From: Callorhinchus milii | Taxonomy: Eukaryota | Direction: 5' to 3' | DNA length: 36,301 nucleotides | NCBI RefSeq assembly: GCF_018977255.1 | Contig: NW_024705531.1 | Location: 1 to 36,301, forward strand | Shown: one piece after another, positions 32,502-36,301 of the stretch | Numbering within the stretch: the first letter of the stretch is position 1 | How the letters are laid out: each line of letters opens with the position of its first letter | The notes under the pieces: model-generated | Databases searched by the model: none | Told to the model about the DNA's origin: nothing | What the model saw: only the letters and a program-made list of their open reading frames with translations | Position numbers and translations under genes: made by a program

Positions 32502-35065
32502 TTAATTGTGAAGGCTTCGTTGTTTGCAGAGATAATCATCAAGTTCAACAATGTGCGTAGCCAATTTCTTTCTTGTCTTGTGTTGATGATGTTTCGACAC
32601 TAACTTAGCAATAATGTGAAATTGATAAACTAAGCCTCTCTTAAGCTCCGATCTAAATTTACTCTGAGTCAACAGATAAATACAGGGGTTGGTACAGGAA
32701 CTCAACCTTTGAAGCATGATCCCCGTTTCTTGGACAATATGCCGCGTGTTATTGACAAATGTTTTGCTATAAGTAAAATTAGAAACTTGCCATTTGAACG
32801 AATGTATAATAAGAGTTGTCCACAACAGTAAAAAACTGCCCGATATGCCGAAGAGTAAAATTACGGATTTTTTTCGGTTTTCTACCTCGGGATCAATCGT
32901 TTTCCGATCATTTCTTTGACCCCGAAGCCTCCTGCGAACTTCACTGGCCATCAGAATGTGTCTTATAATCACAGCATTGAAGAGGCAAATCAGAGCGAAA
33001 CCCAACATGGGAGAAACAACACGGTGAAGCCTTTCAAACGCTTTCCAGGTGGCCAAGGTATAACAGCTTGACTTTAAGACACAGTACCACGGGATATCGT
33101 TAAGTACAACATAAGGATCAAACATAAAGTACCAAGGAATGTTCGCTAAGCAGCTGAAAACAGACAGAATTACAATCACAACTGTGGCCGTCCTCTCAGT
33201 GCAATAATTTGTTTTCAGCTTTTGGCAGCAAATGGCGACAAAACGGTCGAACGTGAAAGCAACTGTGAACCACAAAGAGATATGGAGAGCTACAGACATT
33301 AACAAAATTTTTATACTACATACTGGCGTGTAGAATAAGATATTCAGTGGGAAATACAGATTGTTAATTTTGTTCAACAAAACATCAACAAGGATAAGCA
33401 GGAGATCAGCCACTGCCATGGCCACCAAGTAGCGAGTGATGTACTTGGAGAGTCCGCAGTTTCCTCTTGACAGGATCACAATCGCCAGTAAATTAACTGC
33501 GAGAAGCAATAACAATACAACATGTAATATATGACCAAAAAGCTTTAGGATCAAATTATAAAGCTTTGTAATATTCGATTATGTTGCCTCTGAATTATTT
33601 GACATATGTTGGCACACAAAATGCCGTCAGTGGCATATACAAGTTAAGTGCAAAGGGACATCATCAAAGCATTTATTGATTATTGAACAAGAAAAGTATT
33701 CATTTGCTTAAAACACGTTGATTATAAATGTAAATCTGTGTTATGTTCACCAGCGTTTACTTTCAAATGTTTCAATTGCTCTCGTACAGAGTTAGAATCG
33801 TGAAATAATTCCCCTGGTGTGATTCTAGTAAAGCTTCTCTCAACTCGTCATGGCTTTAGCTGGTTTTCAGAAAAGCGATTGCCCAAACTGAGTACACATC
33901 TCCAGCTGCAGGTCGAGCTACTGAGGTAGAATGTATATTTCTAGTCAAAGTGTTTTAAGCGAATCAATACTTTTCTTGTTCAAGAATCAAGAAATAGTTT
34001 CACGATGTCACTGGCCAGGGATGTATGATTGATCTATCATTTCATGTAGCTTGTGCAATTTGCGTCTGCTTACAGTTTTGGGAGAGTCAGTAACCAGAAG
34101 GTACAATTATATGATAGCGATCATGGAATCAAAAATAGAAATTAGAATCAACTGCTTCACGCGGTGAGATTGTGGGAGTTGCCGCCTGAATCAATGATTT
34201 TGTTAGATGCATTGAAGATGAAGATAGACTTTCACTTGTGGGAGAGGGGAAGAGAAGGCTACGGGAGCCAGCAATAACACATGGGAATCATAAAGACCAA
34301 TATGGACTGGTTGATCTGAGTGGTCTGTTCCATGTTGCACATTGTCTGTAAATCCTTTTAAATCTTTGTAAGTCTTTCAACAGAGTCATTTCCACTTCTG
34401 ATGCTACATTCATTGATGTATGCACTGCATTCTCGAGTCATTTTGCTCCACTGAACATTAAAATATACGGCACTGTCATTCAAAATATATTCATCACCCG
34501 CTTTTTCTCTCCTCCCGTGAATACACTGATGTGTCACTTTGTAAAACGACTTCTAGTGGAAACACATATGCTACTTATGGGGCTTGGCAGAATAGTGTCA
34601 GGCTGTGTACCCTCGCAGGAGAACCTATAGCGAGAGTTCACAGTCTTAAGATTAAGGGTCAGCCCTTTCGAGCAGATTTGAGGAAACACTTCTTCACTCA
34701 GATGGTAGAGAATTTATGGAATTCGTTACTTCAGAAGGCTGTAAATGCTCACTCCTTGAACATATTCAACCTGGTTTGAGAGATTTCTGAAGGATAGAGG
34801 GATTAAAGGATATGGCGATAATGCGGACAGATAGAGTTAGGTTAGAAGATCAGCCATGATATTGTTGAATGGCGGGGCGGGGTTTCGAGGAGTTTAATAC
34901 CCTACTCTTGCTCCTGATCCCTATGTTCCTATGTTCTGCCACCCAATGCAGTAAAGTATTGAATATTACCGATAAACGAGATCCAGTAGACTTACCTGGA
35001 ATTCCAAATGCTGCAAGAATAGGGTAGTAGATTGCAACTACAGCATAGAGCGTTGAAAATTCCAT
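32502..35065 (-). CDS. Class A GPCR of the GPR139/GPR142-like family; two exons, 354 aa
   Basis: Exon 1 35065-34996 (MEFSTLYAVVAIYYPILAAFGIP, GTAAGT donor). Exon 2 33496-32502 after CTCGCAG, phase-1 join giving ...GIPVNLLAIVILSRG. Motifs: MAVADLL (TM2), FTFDRFVAIC (DRY-like), CTNPCIY (NPxxY). No stops. The true start is the exon-1 ATG, not the 33554 start in the ORF track. Confidence 0.88.
34620..34860 (+). mobile_element. CR1-type LINE 3' end in the GPCR intron
   Basis: Reads RVHSLKIKGQPFRADLRKHFFTQMVENLWNSL.QKAV, a typical CR1 ORF2 C-terminus. Confidence 0.8.
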
Positions 35066-36109
35066 GCTGACTTTTAAATATTGTTGCTGAATTCAAAGGT
35101 TTCAATGAACACACTGAGGTCCCACTGCAAGAAATCTGTACTTATAGCATCAATGAATCTTCAGATTGCATCATGAATGCAATTACTTCCGAACAGGTGA
35201 ATAAACACGATACTATATTCGCTTGAGAATTGCGCTCGGATTGAATCCGTATTTGTGAGTTAAGAAATCAATACATAAAAACTAAAGATCACAGTAAAAT
35301 AAGGACACAATAAGCAGTACAATATTATTGAAAACATTTTACAGATATTACAAGAAGAAATAAAATTCTGGATGATAATAACCCTTGCATTTGTTATAGC
35401 GCTTTTAACATCTTCTAGACGACTCAAAGCCCATCATAGAATATACTGTGAAGTAAACTGACTGCATGTTTGTGGGCGAAGCGCATCTATAGAGCTCCGT
35501 TATGTGTGGTGTTGCGTGAGAGTTTTTAAAGTTTAAACAGAGTTGATTTCCCACACTTGAACATATAATTCTGGAACCCGAGATGGTGGTGATTGCCAAG
35601 GGGTTGGAGAAGAGAAATATCAACAAGAGCGTGGTCAATGAGGAACATCTTAAGACGGGCTATGAGAGAAGTGTGTTAGCGAGCGCGTCCTTGGTCCAAA
35701 AACGATAGAAACATCAATTTGCATTGATTAAGTGCACCTCAAGAAGGCCTCGAGGTTACTCTGGGATTCGTTTACAGACAATGAGCAGGCATGTAGGCCA
35801 AAAGCCCGATCAATGATGTGAGCACAGGTATGGAGGGATCATAAGACATGCTGTAATTGTTCCACGGTATCCGCTACCACATGCCACACTGCTACGAACA
35901 CCACCCTGCGGTTTAAGCAACAGCACGTGTAAGTTGAAGAGGGGAGACCCAAGGGCGGAACACCGAGGAACACTGCACGAGACTGTGCTGTGTTGGGGAA
36001 GGAGCCATTGGTGCAGACAAAGTAGAGATGGTGTGAGAGGTACGATCTGCAACACGGAATGACAGAAACGTGAAGGTAGAGGTGAAAGGGGAGCAAGTGG
36101 GATTCCAGA

Positions 36110-36301
36110 ACCACTGCTGTGCTCACTGCAATGTTCAAGTCCTGGATGAGAGCGAACTTTCTCCAGTTGAACGTCACCGAGGCCACCATGTTTGGCTCCC
36201 CTCGGGGACACCATACCTCGTGCGCTGACAGCATCAACCTTCAAGGATGAGTTCCACCTCTAACGTAGCCAATACGGAACCTTGATGTCGGGTTCGAATT
36301 T
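36110..36301 (+). mobile_element. L2-type LINE RT C-terminal fragment
   Basis: Decayed translation SWMRANFLQLNVTEA.MFG...IRNLDVGFE resembles L2 (WM..NFLQLN..KT...VRNLGV.FD). Confidence 0.7.

Noticed and set aside
33497-33554. N-terminus MILKLFGHILHVVLLLLLA of the 350-aa GPCR ORF
   Set aside because: This is the intron's polypyrimidine tract and acceptor. A proper first exon with an ATG and in-phase donor exists at 35065-34996.
35810-36244. Minus-strand ORFs of 132-144 aa
   Set aside because: No recognisable domain. The + strand here is a decayed L2 RT fragment, which explains the sequence.

Overview
Vertebrate genomic DNA from the V-gene region of a cartilaginous-fish T-cell receptor alpha/delta locus. 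The organism is inferred from the NAR-type V genes, the SINE family and the GPR139-like gene; elephant shark is plausible but not provable here. Bases ~700-24000 hold ten + strand V segments, each followed by a 22/23-bp-spacer RSS. Six are conventional TCR alpha/delta V: three intact, one lacking Cys23, two pseudogenes. The other four form two NAR-TCR cassettes: leader, IgNAR-like V (23-RSS), one 12/12 D, a J with a 5' 23-RSS, then a leaderless supporting TCR-delta V. These are predicted to give a delta chain with two independently rearranging V domains. Cassette 1 looks intact; the NAR-type V of cassette 2 is frameshifted. The array is built from a ~12-13 kb tandem duplication. After ~24 kb there is no D-delta, J-delta or C exon. 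Instead there are a decayed C2H2 zinc-finger gene, SINE/CR1/L2 debris, a truncated GPR139-like fragment and an intact two-exon GPR139-like GPCR, all genes on the - strand. One 360-N assembly gap lies inside cassette 1.
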